This document shows, one piece after another, positions 54,799 through 64,000 of a stretch of 64,000 nt of DNA. The stretch is from assembly GCF_044647545.1 (NCBI RefSeq), contig NZ_CP172818.1. The stretch is one strand, 5' to 3'. A model generated the notes under the pieces. That model was not told the DNA's origin. It did no database searches and saw nothing but the letters and a program-made list of their open reading frames with translations. Source of the DNA: Escherichia coli. GTDB lineage: Bacteria; Pseudomonadota; Gammaproteobacteria; Enterobacterales; Enterobacteriaceae. How positions within the stretch are numbered: the first letter of the stretch is position 1; each line of letters opens with the position of its first letter. The position numbers and the translations under genes are program-made.

Positions 54799-56103
54799 TT
54801 GACTACGCCATTGAAAAAAATTGTGATTGTCGGCGGCGGTGCTGGTGGGCTGGAAATGGCAACACAGCTGGGGCATAAGCTGGGACGCAAGAAAAAAGCC
54901 AAAATTACGCTGGTCGATCGTAACCACAGCCACCTGTGGAAACCGCTGCTGCACGAAGTGGCGACTGGCTCGCTTGATGAAGGCGTCGATGCGTTGAGCT
55001 ATCTGGCCCATGCGCGTAATCATGGTTTCCAGTTCCAGCTGGGTTCCGTCATTGATATTGATCGTGAAGCGAAAACAATCACTATTGCAGAACTGCGCGA
55101 CGAAAAAGGTGAATTGCTGGTTCCGGAACGTAAAATCGCCTATGACACCCTGGTAATGGCGCTGGGTAGCACCTCTAACGATTTCAATACGCCAGGTGTC
55201 AAAGAGAACTGCATTTTCCTCGATAATCCGCACCAGGCGCGTCGCTTCCACCAGGAGATGCTGAATCTGTTTCTGAAATACTCCGCCAACCTGGGCGCGA
55301 ATGGCAAAGTGAACATTGCGATTGTCGGCGGCGGCGCGACGGGTGTAGAACTCTCCGCTGAATTGCACAACGCGGTCAAGCAACTGCACAGCTACGGCTA
55401 TAAAGGTCTGACCAACGAAGCCCTGAACGTAACGCTGGTAGAAGCGGGCGAACGTATTTTGCCTGCATTGCCGCCACGTATCTCTGCTGCGGCCCATAGT
55501 GAGTTAACGAAACTTGGCGTTCGCGTGCTGACGCAAACCATGGTCACCAGTGCTGATGAAGGCGGCCTGCATACTAAAGATGGCGAATATATTGAGGCTG
55601 ATCTGATGGTGTGGGCAGCCGGGATCAAAGCGCCAGACTTCCTGAAAGATATCGGTGGTCTTGAAACCAACCGTATCAACCAGCTGGTGGTGGAACCGAC
55701 GCTGCAAACCACCCGCGATCCAGACATTTACGCTATTGGCGATTGCGCGTCATGCCCGCGTCCGGAAGGGGGCTTTGTTCCGCCGCGCGCTCAGGCTGCA
55801 CACCAGATGGCAACTTGCGCAATGAACAACATTCTGGCGCAGATGAACGGTAAGCCGCTGAAAAGTTATCAGTATAAAGATCACGGTTCTCTGGTATCGC
55901 TGTCGAACTTCTCCACCGTCGGTAGCCTGATGGGTAACCTGACGCGCGGCTCAATGATGATTGAAGGACGAATTGCGCGCTTTGTATACATCTCGTTGTA
56001 CCGAATGCACCAGATTGCGCTGCATGGTTACTTTAAAACCGGATTAATGATGCTGGTGGGGAGTATTAACCGCGTTATCCGCCCACGTTTGAAGTTGCAT
56101 TAA
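54799..56103 (+). CDS. ndh: NADH dehydrogenase II (NDH-2)
   Basis: Track ORF 54772.. over-extended; TTG at 54799 ([17 protein letters not shown]) 5 nt after AGGGGG RBS; 434 aa. Confidence 0.94.
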   Translation: MTTPLKKIVIVGGGAGGLEMATQLGHKLGRKKKAKITLVDRNHSHLWKPLLHEVATGSLDEGVDALSYLAHARNHGFQFQLGSVIDIDREAKTITIAELRDEKGELLVPERKIAYDTLVMALGSTSNDFNTPGVKENCIFLDNPHQARRFHQEMLNLFLKYSANLGANGKVNIAIVGGGATGVELSAELHNAVKQLHSYGYKGLTNEALNVTLVEAGERILPALPPRISAAAHSELTKLGVRVLTQTMVTSADEGGLHTKDGEYIEADLMVWAAGIKAPDFLKDIGGLETNRINQLVVEPTLQTTRDPDIYAIGDCASCPRPEGGFVPPRAQAAHQMATCAMNNILAQMNGKPLKSYQYKDHGSLVSLSNFSTVGSLMGNLTRGSMMIEGRIARFVYISLYRMHQIALHGYFKTGLMMLVGSINRVIRPRLKLH

Positions 56104-56115
56104 TCGGCTTGTACT

Positions 56116-56202
56116 GGCGGATGGGGCATAAACGCCTCATCCGCCCTGGACAAATGGTACGAGCGGTAGGCCTGATAAGACGCGTTAAGCGTCGCATCAG
56201 GC
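56116..56202. repeat. REP elements downstream of ndh
   Basis: ggcggatgg..ccatccgcc and gcctgataagacgcg...cgcatcaggc palindromes. Confidence 0.7.
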
Positions 56203-56329
56203 ATTCCTTCAGACTCCTCCGAATCCTTAAGTATTTCCAGCCATTCTCGCGCTTTTCATCTTCTGTCTGATAGCTGCTTTTCTCCTTCGCTTGCATGATT
56301 GGCATAACAGCAAAGAAGGAGGTGTTCCC

Positions 56330-56869
56330 GTGAATAAATCAATGTTGGCGGGTATCGGGATTGGTGTCGCAGCTGCGCTGGGCGTAGCGGCAGTGGCCAG
56401 TCTGAACGTGTTTGAACGTGGCCCGCAATACGCTCAGGTTGTTTCTGCAACCCCAATCAAGGAAACGGTTAAAACACCGCGTCAGGAGTGTCGCAACGTC
56501 ACAGTGACCCATCGTCGACCGGTGCAGGATGAAAATCGCATTACCGGGTCGGTGCTCGGCGCTGTTGCTGGTGGCGTGATAGGGCATCAGTTTGGTGGTG
56601 GTCGCGGTAAAGATGTCGCTACTGTTGTGGGGGCGCTGGGTGGTGGATATGCCGGTAACCAGATCCAGGGCTCTCTCCAGGAAAGTGATACTTACACGAC
56701 TACGCAACAGCGTTGTAAAACGGTGTATGACAAGTCAGAAAAAATGCTCGGTTATGATGTGACCTATAAGATTGGCGATCAGCAGGGCAAAATCCGAATG
56801 GACCGCGATCCGGGTACGCAGATCCCGCTAGATAGCAACGGGCAGCTGATTTTGAATAACAAAGCATAA
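56330..56869 (+). CDS. ycfJ: Glycine-zipper membrane protein YcfJ
   Basis: GTG 56330, 7 nt after AAGGAGG; 179 aa with Gly-rich segment. Confidence 0.9.
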   Translation: MNKSMLAGIGIGVAAALGVAAVASLNVFERGPQYAQVVSATPIKETVKTPRQECRNVTVTHRRPVQDENRITGSVLGAVAGGVIGHQFGGGRGKDVATVVGALGGGYAGNQIQGSLQESDTYTTTQQRCKTVYDKSEKMLGYDVTYKIGDQQGKIRMDRDPGTQIPLDSNGQLILNNKA

Positions 56870-56889
56870 CAAGGTTGTACTCTGCAATT

Positions 56890-56925
56890 TAGCCCCTCAT
56901 TCGCTCAAGCTGAGGGGCTTTTTTT
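56890..56925 (+). terminator. Rho-independent terminator after ycfJ
   Basis: Hairpin agcccctca..tgaggggct followed by T7. Confidence 0.8.
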
Positions 56926-56930
56926 GCGAC

Positions 56931-57563
56931 CTATTTCAGCAGTTCCGGCCATAAACGCAAAGTCGTTCGGGCAATCTGCATCAGTTTTTCCTGCGATGCA
57001 CCTTCGCGTGCGCTGATCGACATCCCCTGAATAATACAATTAAGGAATTCTGCCAGATGCGTCACGTCACAGTGGGTCGGGATTTCCCCGCGCGCTTGTC
57101 GTTGACATAAAAACTGCTGCAAAGTGCGCTCTTGCATCGCATGGCGTGATTTCAGCGTATTGGCGATATCTCCTGAATCCGGGGAGAGGGTGGTGCAGTT
57201 GTTGATCATGAAGCAGCCAGCCGGAGTGTCTTTGCTGGTAAAGCAGTTGGCGATGGCAGCAAAATAGTCAGCCAGCGCAGACTCCACGCTTTTCTCTTCA
57301 CAAAACAGCTGTGCTTCATGCTTAGCGGCAAAACGATCGATATAGCGGTCGAGTACGGCGCGGAATAACCCCTCTTTGTTGGTAAATTCCGCGTATAGCG
57401 TGGGCGCTTTAGCTCCGGTCGCTTCAACGAGGTCCGCAAGAGAAGTCGCTTCATAACCGTGCTGCCAGAACAATTTCATGGCCTTATCAAGCGCGGCATC
57501 CCTGTCGAACACTTTTGGGCGGCCACGGCTTTTTTTTATACATTGTGTTGAGTCAGTTGCCAT
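56931..57563 (-). CDS. comR: TetR-family repressor ComR (YcfQ)
   Basis: 210 aa; N-terminal HTH. Confidence 0.94.
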   Translation of the reverse strand: MATDSTQCIKKSRGRPKVFDRDAALDKAMKLFWQHGYEATSLADLVEATGAKAPTLYAEFTNKEGLFRAVLDRYIDRFAAKHEAQLFCEEKSVESALADYFAAIANCFTSKDTPAGCFMINNCTTLSPDSGDIANTLKSRHAMQERTLQQFLCQRQARGEIPTHCDVTHLAEFLNCIIQGMSISAREGASQEKLMQIARTTLRLWPELLK

Positions 57564-57803
57564 GATGCCGTTGTACCTGGTGACTGTGAATTAAAGGTTA
57601 TTATAAAAATAATCACCTCCGTTCACCAGTCCAGAAACCATAAAAATAATCGCTTTCTATTTAACTGAAATTTAAAGATTTTTAAATTAATTAATGATTG
57701 TTATAAAAAATATCTTGTATGTGATCCAGATCACATCTATCATTTAGTTATCGATCGTTAAGTAATTGCTTGCGACGTCATTCATCTGCATAAGGCCACT
57801 ATT

Positions 57804-58061
57804 ATGAAAAACGTAAAAACCCTCATCGCTGCGGCGATTTTAAGCTCAATGTCATTTGCCAGCTTTGCGGCTGTCGAAGTTCAGTCAACGCCAGAAGGCC
57901 AACAAAAAGTCGGTACTATCAGTGCTAATGCGGGGACAAATCTGGGATCGCTGGAAGAGCAGCTGGCGCAAAAAGCGGATGAGATGGGCGCAAAATCTTT
58001 CCGTATTACTTCTGTAACCGGTCCGAATACCCTCCATGGAACAGCAGTAATTTATAAATAA
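57804..58061 (+). CDS. bhsA: Multiple stress resistance outer-membrane protein BhsA (YcfR/ComC)
   Basis: 85 aa with signal peptide; divergent from comR. Confidence 0.94.
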   Translation: MKNVKTLIAAAILSSMSFASFAAVEVQSTPEGQQKVGTISANAGTNLGSLEEQLAQKADEMGAKSFRITSVTGPNTLHGTAVIYK

Positions 58062-58100
58062 GCATTAACCCTCATTAATGCCTGCTACTGCTGATTTTTT

Positions 58101-58134
58101 CCCCGCGACATGCCGTGTCGCGGGGATTTTTTTT
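58101..58134 (+). terminator. Rho-independent terminator after bhsA
   Basis: Hairpin ccccgcgaca-tgccg-tgtcgcgggg followed by T8. Confidence 0.85.
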
Positions 58135-58143
58135 ATCCAGGAT

Positions 58144-59106
58144 TTACAAAGTTTGTGGGCTCACTTGATGACGGCGGACATCCACCGGCATCCCGGAACG
58201 GACATCCATCACATGTTGCATCACTTCAGCGTCAGTTTGTGCTGCATCTTTAAATGATTGCATTGCGCTATTCAGCGTAATTGGCAGCAGCTGCGGATCG
58301 TCATCAATCTTCTCTGACAGCGGTTGATGTACTTCAACCAGACGCGCACCGTTTGGTTCGGCAGAGACTTTTATCGGAATGTTGATGATATTCACTTTGG
58401 TGCCTGGGGTGACCTGGCTAAAGAGTGTTTTGATATCGTCATCCCGCAGACGAATACAGCCAGAACTTACCCGCATGCCAATGCCGAAATCGGCGTTCGT
58501 ACCGTGGAGCAAATAAACGCCGCCATAGGCCGCCAGGCGAATCGCATGATGGCCCATTGGATTATCCGGTCCAGCCGGCACTACCGCAGGCAACTCAATT
58601 CCCTGTGCTTTATAACGGGCGCGAATGTTTGCCGTTGGCGTCCAGATTGGGTTTGCACGTTTGTCTGAAACGGTGGTCACCATCGTTGGCGTCAGCGTGT
58701 CACCACCTAACTGACCAATGCCGATGGGATACACGGTTACCGAATTTTTACCCGGCGGGTAGTAATAGAGACGCAGCTCCGCAATGTTGATCACAATACC
58801 TTCGCGCGGCGCGTCTGGAAGTAGGGTTTGCAACGGGATCGTTAACACGCTACCCGCGCGCGGTACGTAAGGATCAACGCCGGGGTTGGCCTGTAACAGA
58901 GCGAGAAAGCCGACGTTATATTTTTTGGCGATCGCTTCCAGAGAGCCACTGTCATTTTCCACCACATGAAATTTGTTTTCACCAACCAGACGACTGCCCG
59001 CTGGCGGCAGCGGCCAGGTGTTGGCTTTTGCCGGTAGCGCCAGCGCCACGGCAGCGGCGAACGTAAAAAACGTTAGCCAGCGAGAAAAACGCGTTTTGAT
59101 CATCAC
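58144..59106 (-). CDS. ldtC: L,D-transpeptidase LdtC (YcfS)
   Basis: Track ORF 58144..59319 strongly over-extended; start is GTG 59106 (320 aa) or ATG 59103 (MIKTRFSRWLTFFTFAAAVALALPAKA); signal peptide, LysM and YkuD domain with catalytic Cys (SSGCIRL). Confidence 0.9.
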   Translation of the reverse strand: MMIKTRFSRWLTFFTFAAAVALALPAKANTWPLPPAGSRLVGENKFHVVENDSGSLEAIAKKYNVGFLALLQANPGVDPYVPRAGSVLTIPLQTLLPDAPREGIVINIAELRLYYYPPGKNSVTVYPIGIGQLGGDTLTPTMVTTVSDKRANPIWTPTANIRARYKAQGIELPAVVPAGPDNPMGHHAIRLAAYGGVYLLHGTNADFGIGMRVSSGCIRLRDDDIKTLFSQVTPGTKVNIINIPIKVSAEPNGARLVEVHQPLSEKIDDDPQLLPITLNSAMQSFKDAAQTDAEVMQHVMDVRSGMPVDVRRHQVSPQTL

Positions 59107-59248
59107 CAAAGTCCATAATAAATATAAGGTTATTGTAATAAAAAGATAAGTCTGAATTATGGAGGGTGACAGTGTCGGATAGTGCAGGGAAGTGCAAAGA
59201 ATTTGTAAATGTTGCAGATGGGGGCGCAGAAACGCCCCCGATTTACCA

Positions 59249-62200
59249 TTAAGCGATCGCGTTCTCTTCCAGTTCACGCATAAACTGGCGTACCCATTCG
59301 ATACGCGTTTTCCGCTCACTCAAATCCTGAATAAATTTCAGGCGCGTCGGACCATCAAGACGGTAATGCTGCGGCTGTTTTTGCAGCAAACCAATCAACC
59401 AGGCCGGATTAACGTGATTCTTCTCGGCAAATTCGATCACGCCGCCTTTCTCATTACCTTCCAGCTTCCTGATCCCCAGTTTCTGCGCTTGCTGGCGCAG
59501 ACGGGCAATATCCAGCAGGGTACGCGCCGGATCCGGCAGCAGGCCGAAGCGATCGATAAGCTCGACTTTGATCTCTTCCAGTTCGTTTTCCGTTTTGGCG
59601 CTGGCAATACGTTTGTAGAACGACAGACGCGTGTTCACGTCAGGGATGAAATCATCTGGCAATAGCGACGGCATCCGCAGCTCGACTTCTGTTTGCTGGC
59701 TGGTGAGATCTTCCAGCGACGGCTCGCGTCCGGCTTTCAGTGCATCGACGGCGTTTTCCAGCAACTCCATATACAGCGAGAAACCGATGGTTTCCATTGA
59801 GCCGCTTTGTTCTTCGCCAAGCAGTTCACCCGCGCCGCGAATCTCCAGATCGTGCGTTGCCAGCGCAAAACCTGCCCCGAGATCTTCCAGCGAGGCAATC
59901 GCTTCAAGACGTTTTTGTGCATCGGTAGTCATCGCTTTTGGATGCGGTGTCAGCAACCATGCATATGCCTGATGATGCGAACGTCCGACGCGACCGCGCA
60001 ACTGGTGCAACTGTGCCAGACCGAAGTGATCCGCGCGTTCAATGATAATGGTGTTGGCGGTAGGAATGTCGATCCCGGTTTCGATAATGGTGGTACAAAC
60101 CAGCACGTTGAAACGTTGATGATGGAAATCATTCATCACCCGTTCCAGTTCGCGCTCACGCATCTGCCCGTGACCGATGGCAATCCGCGCTTCAGGTACC
60201 AGTTCTGCCAGCCGTTCGGCGGCTTTCTGGATGTTTTCCACATCATTGTAAAGATAATAAACCTGCCCCCCGCGCAAAATTTCACGCAGGATCGCCTCCC
60301 TGACCACCAGGCTGTCATACTCACGGACAAAGGTTTTAACTGCCAGACGACGGGCGGGCGGCGTGGCGATAATCGACAGGTCACGCATTCCGCTCATTGC
60401 CATATTCAGCGTACGTGGGATCGGCGTTGCGGTAAGTGTCAGAATATCCACGTTCGCCCGCATCGCTTTAATGCGCTCTTTATGACGCACCCCGAAGCGG
60501 TGTTCTTCATCGACAATCAGCAGACCTAAATCTTTAAACTTGACGTCATTTTGCAGCAGTTTGTGCGTACCGATCAGAATATCGATTTTCCCTTCCGCCA
60601 CTTCCGCAAGGATTTGCGTCTGCTCTTTGGCGCTGCGGAAACGGGAGATCATTTCGATACGTACCGGCCAGTTGGCGAAACGGTCGCGGAAGTTGTCGTA
60701 ATGCTGCTGCGCGAGAAGGGTGGTAGGCACCAGCACCGCCACCTGTTTGTGGTTATCTACCGCCAGGAAAGCGGCGCGCATCGCCACTTCTGTTTTACCA
60801 AAGCCAACATCGCCGCACACCAGACGATCCATTGCCAGCGGCTGACACATGTCGCTAAGCACCGCATTAATGGCCTGCGCCTGATCCGGCGTGGTTTCAA
60901 ACGGGAAGCTGTCGCAGAACAACTGATACTGCTCACGATCGTGTTTAAACGCGTAGCCCTCTTTGGCGGCGCGTTGCGCGTAGATATCCAGCAATTCTGC
61001 CGCCACATCACGCACTTTTTCCGCCGCTTTCTGCCGCGCGCGTGACCACGCATCGCCGCCAAGTTTATGCAGCGGGGCGTTTTCTTCCGCGCCACCTGCG
61101 TAACGGCTAATCAGATGCAGTGACGACACAGGAACATACAGTTTGGCGTCGTTGGCATAGGTGAGCATCAGGTACTCGCCAGTAATGCCGCCCGCTTCCA
61201 GCGTGGTCATTCCTGCATAACGACCGACACCGTGCTCCAGATGGACCACCGGCTGACCAATATGCAGCTCCGCGAGGTTACGGATCAGTGTATCGGGGTT
61301 GATGGCGCGGCGAGAATCCTGACGACGGCGGGCAACGCGTTCACCGAGCAGATCGCTTTCGCAGATCAGCGCCAGATTACGTACCGTATCGACAAAACCA
61401 TGTTCGGCAGCGCCAATCATCAGATAACGCCCACGGTCGCTGGCTTCATCAAGACGCATAATGCGTTGAGGAGCAATTTTAATTCGCGCGAGCAGTTCAC
61501 CCAGTGCTTCACGGCGACCTTCACTTTCTACCGAGAACACCACCGGACCGTCGAAAGACTCGAGGAACTTACGCAGCGCATCCAGCGGCGCTTTTTGTTG
61601 TGCCTGAACGGCCAGGTCTGGCAGCTTCTGAAAACCTAAATTGGCATTCGCTGCTTTTGTCGGTAAATGTTCAGTTTTTAGCTGCACCCGCGGCCAGTTT
61701 TTCAGCTCTGAGAAGAGATCGTCCACGCGCAGCCAGAGCGATTGTGGCGGTAATAGCGGGCGCATCGGATCGACGCCGCGATTTTCAAAACGCGCCAGCG
61801 TGTCAGTCTGGAAACGTTCGGCACTGTTTTCCAGATCGCCAGTATTCACCAACAGCGTATTGGCAGGGAAATAACTGAACAGTGGCGGCAGCGGTTCGCT
61901 GAAGAATAGCGGCTGCCAGTACTCGATCCCGGCAGGTAATGTGCCTTTACTCACTTGCTGATAAATATGTTCCGGATCGCGCTTCACTTCGAAGGTATCA
62001 CGCCACTGGCTGCGGAACAGTTCAATTGCCGCTTTATCGGTCGGAAATTCGTGCGCGGGCAGCAGATTGATCTCTTCTACTTCCTCCAGCGTGCGCTGGC
62101 TATCGACGTCAAACACTCGCAGGCTGTCGATTTCATCATCAAAGAAATCAAGACGATAAGGCAGCTCACTCCCCATCGGGAAGAGATCCAGCAACGCGCC

Positions 62201-62695
62201 GCGCGTGGCGTATTCGCCGTGCTCCATCACCTGGTCAACATGGCGATAACCGGCGCTGTCCAGTTGGGTTCGTAATGCATCTCGTGACAGGCGCTGACCT
62301 TTTTTCATCACCAGCGCATGACCGTGGAGAAAACTGTGCGGGCAAACGCGCTGCATAAGCGTATTCACCGGAACAATCAGTACGCCACGCTGCATCGTCG
62401 GTAGCTGGTAAAGGGTGGAAAGGCGCGAGGAGATAATGTCCTGATGAGGCGAAAAACTGTCATAGGGAAGGGTTTCCCAGTCCGCCAGATTCATCACCAT
62501 CTGATCGGTAAACTGGCTGATTTCATCATGCAAACGCAGAGCATTTTGCATATCTGGCGCAATAAGCACCACCGGTCCGGTGTGACGTTCGGCAATTTCC
62601 GCTACCAGCGTCGCACAGGCAGCGCCGGTTAACTCGCCCAGCAGACGCTGCTCACCCGCTTTGACGGGCAGCGTATAACGATATTGTTCAGGCAT
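59249..62695 (-). CDS. mfd: Transcription-repair coupling factor Mfd
   Basis: Track ORF begins at TTG 62758; ATG 62695 (MPEQYRYTLPVKAGEQ) gives 1148 aa; DEEH helicase motifs. Confidence 0.96.
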   Translation of the reverse strand: MPEQYRYTLPVKAGEQRLLGELTGAACATLVAEIAERHTGPVVLIAPDMQNALRLHDEISQFTDQMVMNLADWETLPYDSFSPHQDIISSRLSTLYQLPTMQRGVLIVPVNTLMQRVCPHSFLHGHALVMKKGQRLSRDALRTQLDSAGYRHVDQVMEHGEYATRGALLDLFPMGSELPYRLDFFDDEIDSLRVFDVDSQRTLEEVEEINLLPAHEFPTDKAAIELFRSQWRDTFEVKRDPEHIYQQVSKGTLPAGIEYWQPLFFSEPLPPLFSYFPANTLLVNTGDLENSAERFQTDTLARFENRGVDPMRPLLPPQSLWLRVDDLFSELKNWPRVQLKTEHLPTKAANANLGFQKLPDLAVQAQQKAPLDALRKFLESFDGPVVFSVESEGRREALGELLARIKIAPQRIMRLDEASDRGRYLMIGAAEHGFVDTVRNLALICESDLLGERVARRRQDSRRAINPDTLIRNLAELHIGQPVVHLEHGVGRYAGMTTLEAGGITGEYLMLTYANDAKLYVPVSSLHLISRYAGGAEENAPLHKLGGDAWSRARQKAAEKVRDVAAELLDIYAQRAAKEGYAFKHDREQYQLFCDSFPFETTPDQAQAINAVLSDMCQPLAMDRLVCGDVGFGKTEVAMRAAFLAVDNHKQVAVLVPTTLLAQQHYDNFRDRFANWPVRIEMISRFRSAKEQTQILAEVAEGKIDILIGTHKLLQNDVKFKDLGLLIVDEEHRFGVRHKERIKAMRANVDILTLTATPIPRTLNMAMSGMRDLSIIATPPARRLAVKTFVREYDSLVVREAILREILRGGQVYYLYNDVENIQKAAERLAELVPEARIAIGHGQMRERELERVMNDFHHQRFNVLVCTTIIETGIDIPTANTIIIERADHFGLAQLHQLRGRVGRSHHQAYAWLLTPHPKAMTTDAQKRLEAIASLEDLGAGFALATHDLEIRGAGELLGEEQSGSMETIGFSLYMELLENAVDALKAGREPSLEDLTSQQTEVELRMPSLLPDDFIPDVNTRLSFYKRIASAKTENELEEIKVELIDRFGLLPDPARTLLDIARLRQQAQKLGIRKLEGNEKGGVIEFAEKNHVNPAWLIGLLQKQPQHYRLDGPTRLKFIQDLSERKTRIEWVRQFMRELEENAIA

Positions 62696-62822
62696 AACGG
62701 TTGTCAGATTCTCGTTAGGATACGCCTCAACATATGGGGGCATATCTCTGATAAGCAATGCTGTTCATTATCCGTAATCGACATGGTTTAGCAAATTGAA
62801 TCGCCCCGGCTGGGGCGATGGC

Positions 62823-63896
62823 TTAGCGGGAGTAACTGACGGCCGCGGGCAGAGAAGGCGGGGAGAACAACAGATCGCTGAATGCGCGCTGTGAAAGTTT
62901 TCTTACCAGCAAGCCCGCAACAGTACAGATGAACAAACTAACAAAGGGGTAAACCAGCAGGAGTGTCAGTTCGACTTGCGGCGACAAGCGTGCTGCGTTC
63001 ATTTGCGCAAGCAGAGTTAAGCTGAATATTTCAACCAGAATGCGATGGGTGGTGTAGATAGCAATGGTGTTGGAACCAATCACATTCAGCAGGCTGGTGG
63101 AGCGCATACCGAAACGTTGCTCGTATTGATAAAACAGCTTTATGATCACCACAATCGATACCAGCGACAACAGCAGCGAGATAGTACACAACCAGGCACC
63201 GACCGCCAGAACGGTCAGCAAAGAAGCCATCAGCAGATGGCGGCGCAACGGCACCTCTTTAACACAGGTCATTAATGTTGCGCCAAACCATGCGCCAAGG
63301 CTGTAATAAGGCAAATTGCGGATCACACTGTTCATTCCCCACCACGGCGTGGGAACGAAATTAACCGCCACACTCATCAGTACAAACAAGGCGAATAGTG
63401 GCAGCGCCAGACGGCTAAAAATTTTACATACCACGAAATAGACAATTAACGCATACAGATACCACAAACTGGTGCTGGCGGTGATCATCCCGTGCAGGAA
63501 CTCACCGGTGGAATCGGCATACGCGGCATTGGAGGCATTGCTTAAATCGCGCTCAGGTGCCAGCCACTGGTTCAACGCACTTAACGCCAGCCACTGCACC
63601 ACGCCCCAAAGCGCCAGCACCCAGAAGATGTTCCAGATGCGTTTATCGAGACAATTTCCCCACGGTACGCTGTCGATATAGCGGCGAATCAAATAGCCGG
63701 AAATAAAGAAAAAAACCGGCATACGAAAGGGGGCAAGGTAAAGATTGAAATAGATCCAGCATTTGCTCAGGACTTCCGATAACGGATGCTGAAAAGTGGT
63801 GAGATGCGGATAAAAGGTAATGACCGAGTGATAAATCACCACCAGACAAATACATAACCCTTTGATCTGGTTAATCCATAGCTCTTTTTGTTTCAT
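62823..63896 (-). CDS. ycfT: Inner-membrane acyltransferase-family protein YcfT
   Basis: 357-aa polytopic membrane ORF; recognised as YcfT. Confidence 0.93.
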   Translation of the reverse strand: MKQKELWINQIKGLCICLVVIYHSVITFYPHLTTFQHPLSEVLSKCWIYFNLYLAPFRMPVFFFISGYLIRRYIDSVPWGNCLDKRIWNIFWVLALWGVVQWLALSALNQWLAPERDLSNASNAAYADSTGEFLHGMITASTSLWYLYALIVYFVVCKIFSRLALPLFALFVLMSVAVNFVPTPWWGMNSVIRNLPYYSLGAWFGATLMTCVKEVPLRRHLLMASLLTVLAVGAWLCTISLLLSLVSIVVIIKLFYQYEQRFGMRSTSLLNVIGSNTIAIYTTHRILVEIFSLTLLAQMNAARLSPQVELTLLLVYPFVSLFICTVAGLLVRKLSQRAFSDLLFSPPSLPAAVSYSR

Positions 63897-64000
63897 CAGG
63901 ACAACACGCTCTTTTTATTTAACATGCTGTTGATCCTGAGGGGCCAGTCGCGTGGTGTAATGCGTATCTGTCTGTATTTGGTTATTTTTCAGATAAAGAT

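Noticed and set aside
54739-55497. 252-aa minus-strand ORF
   Set aside because: Antisense to ndh; spurious shadow ORF.
59807-60529. 240-aa plus-strand ORF (and several other plus-strand ORFs between 59192 and 62632)
   Set aside because: All antisense to mfd; shadow ORFs of a long high-GC gene.

Overview
This window is ordinary, well-characterised enterobacterial core chromosome with Escherichia coli K-12-type gene order, running from the 3' end of opgH to ycfT. I found no novel system. Gene identities are from my own recognition of the translated ORFs (no database search was possible). Order: opgH(partial)-yceK-msyB-mdtG-lpxL-trhO/yceA-yceI-yceJ-yceO-solA-bssS-dinI-pyrC-yceB-grxB-mdtH-rimJ-yceH-yceM-murJ, then the flagellar cluster flgNMA / flgBCDEFGHIJKL, rne, rluC, yceF, yceD-rpmF-plsX-fabHDG-acpP-fabF, pabC-mltG-tmk-holB-ycfH, ptsG, fhuE, hinT-ycfL-lpoB-thiK-nagZ-ycfP, ndh, ycfJ, comR, bhsA, ldtC, mfd, ycfT. 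Several six-frame ORFs are N-terminally over-extended and the track reports TTG/GTG starts as M; starts were trimmed to the position matching the known protein N-terminus, which I checked in the sequence at most boundaries. No tRNA, rRNA, CRISPR array, IS element, integrase or prophage signature was seen, and every intergenic gap is short and accounted for by promoters, REP elements or terminators. The one real anomaly is a ~550 bp block at about 29240-29800, between flgL and rne, made almost entirely of long homopolymer runs; it is most likely a sequencing, assembly or data-corruption artifact. It appears to have overwritten most of a small GNAT-like remnant ORF on the minus strand. RNase E is 1057 aa here, against 1061 aa as I recall for K-12 MG1655, so the strain is K-12-like but probably not MG1655 itself.
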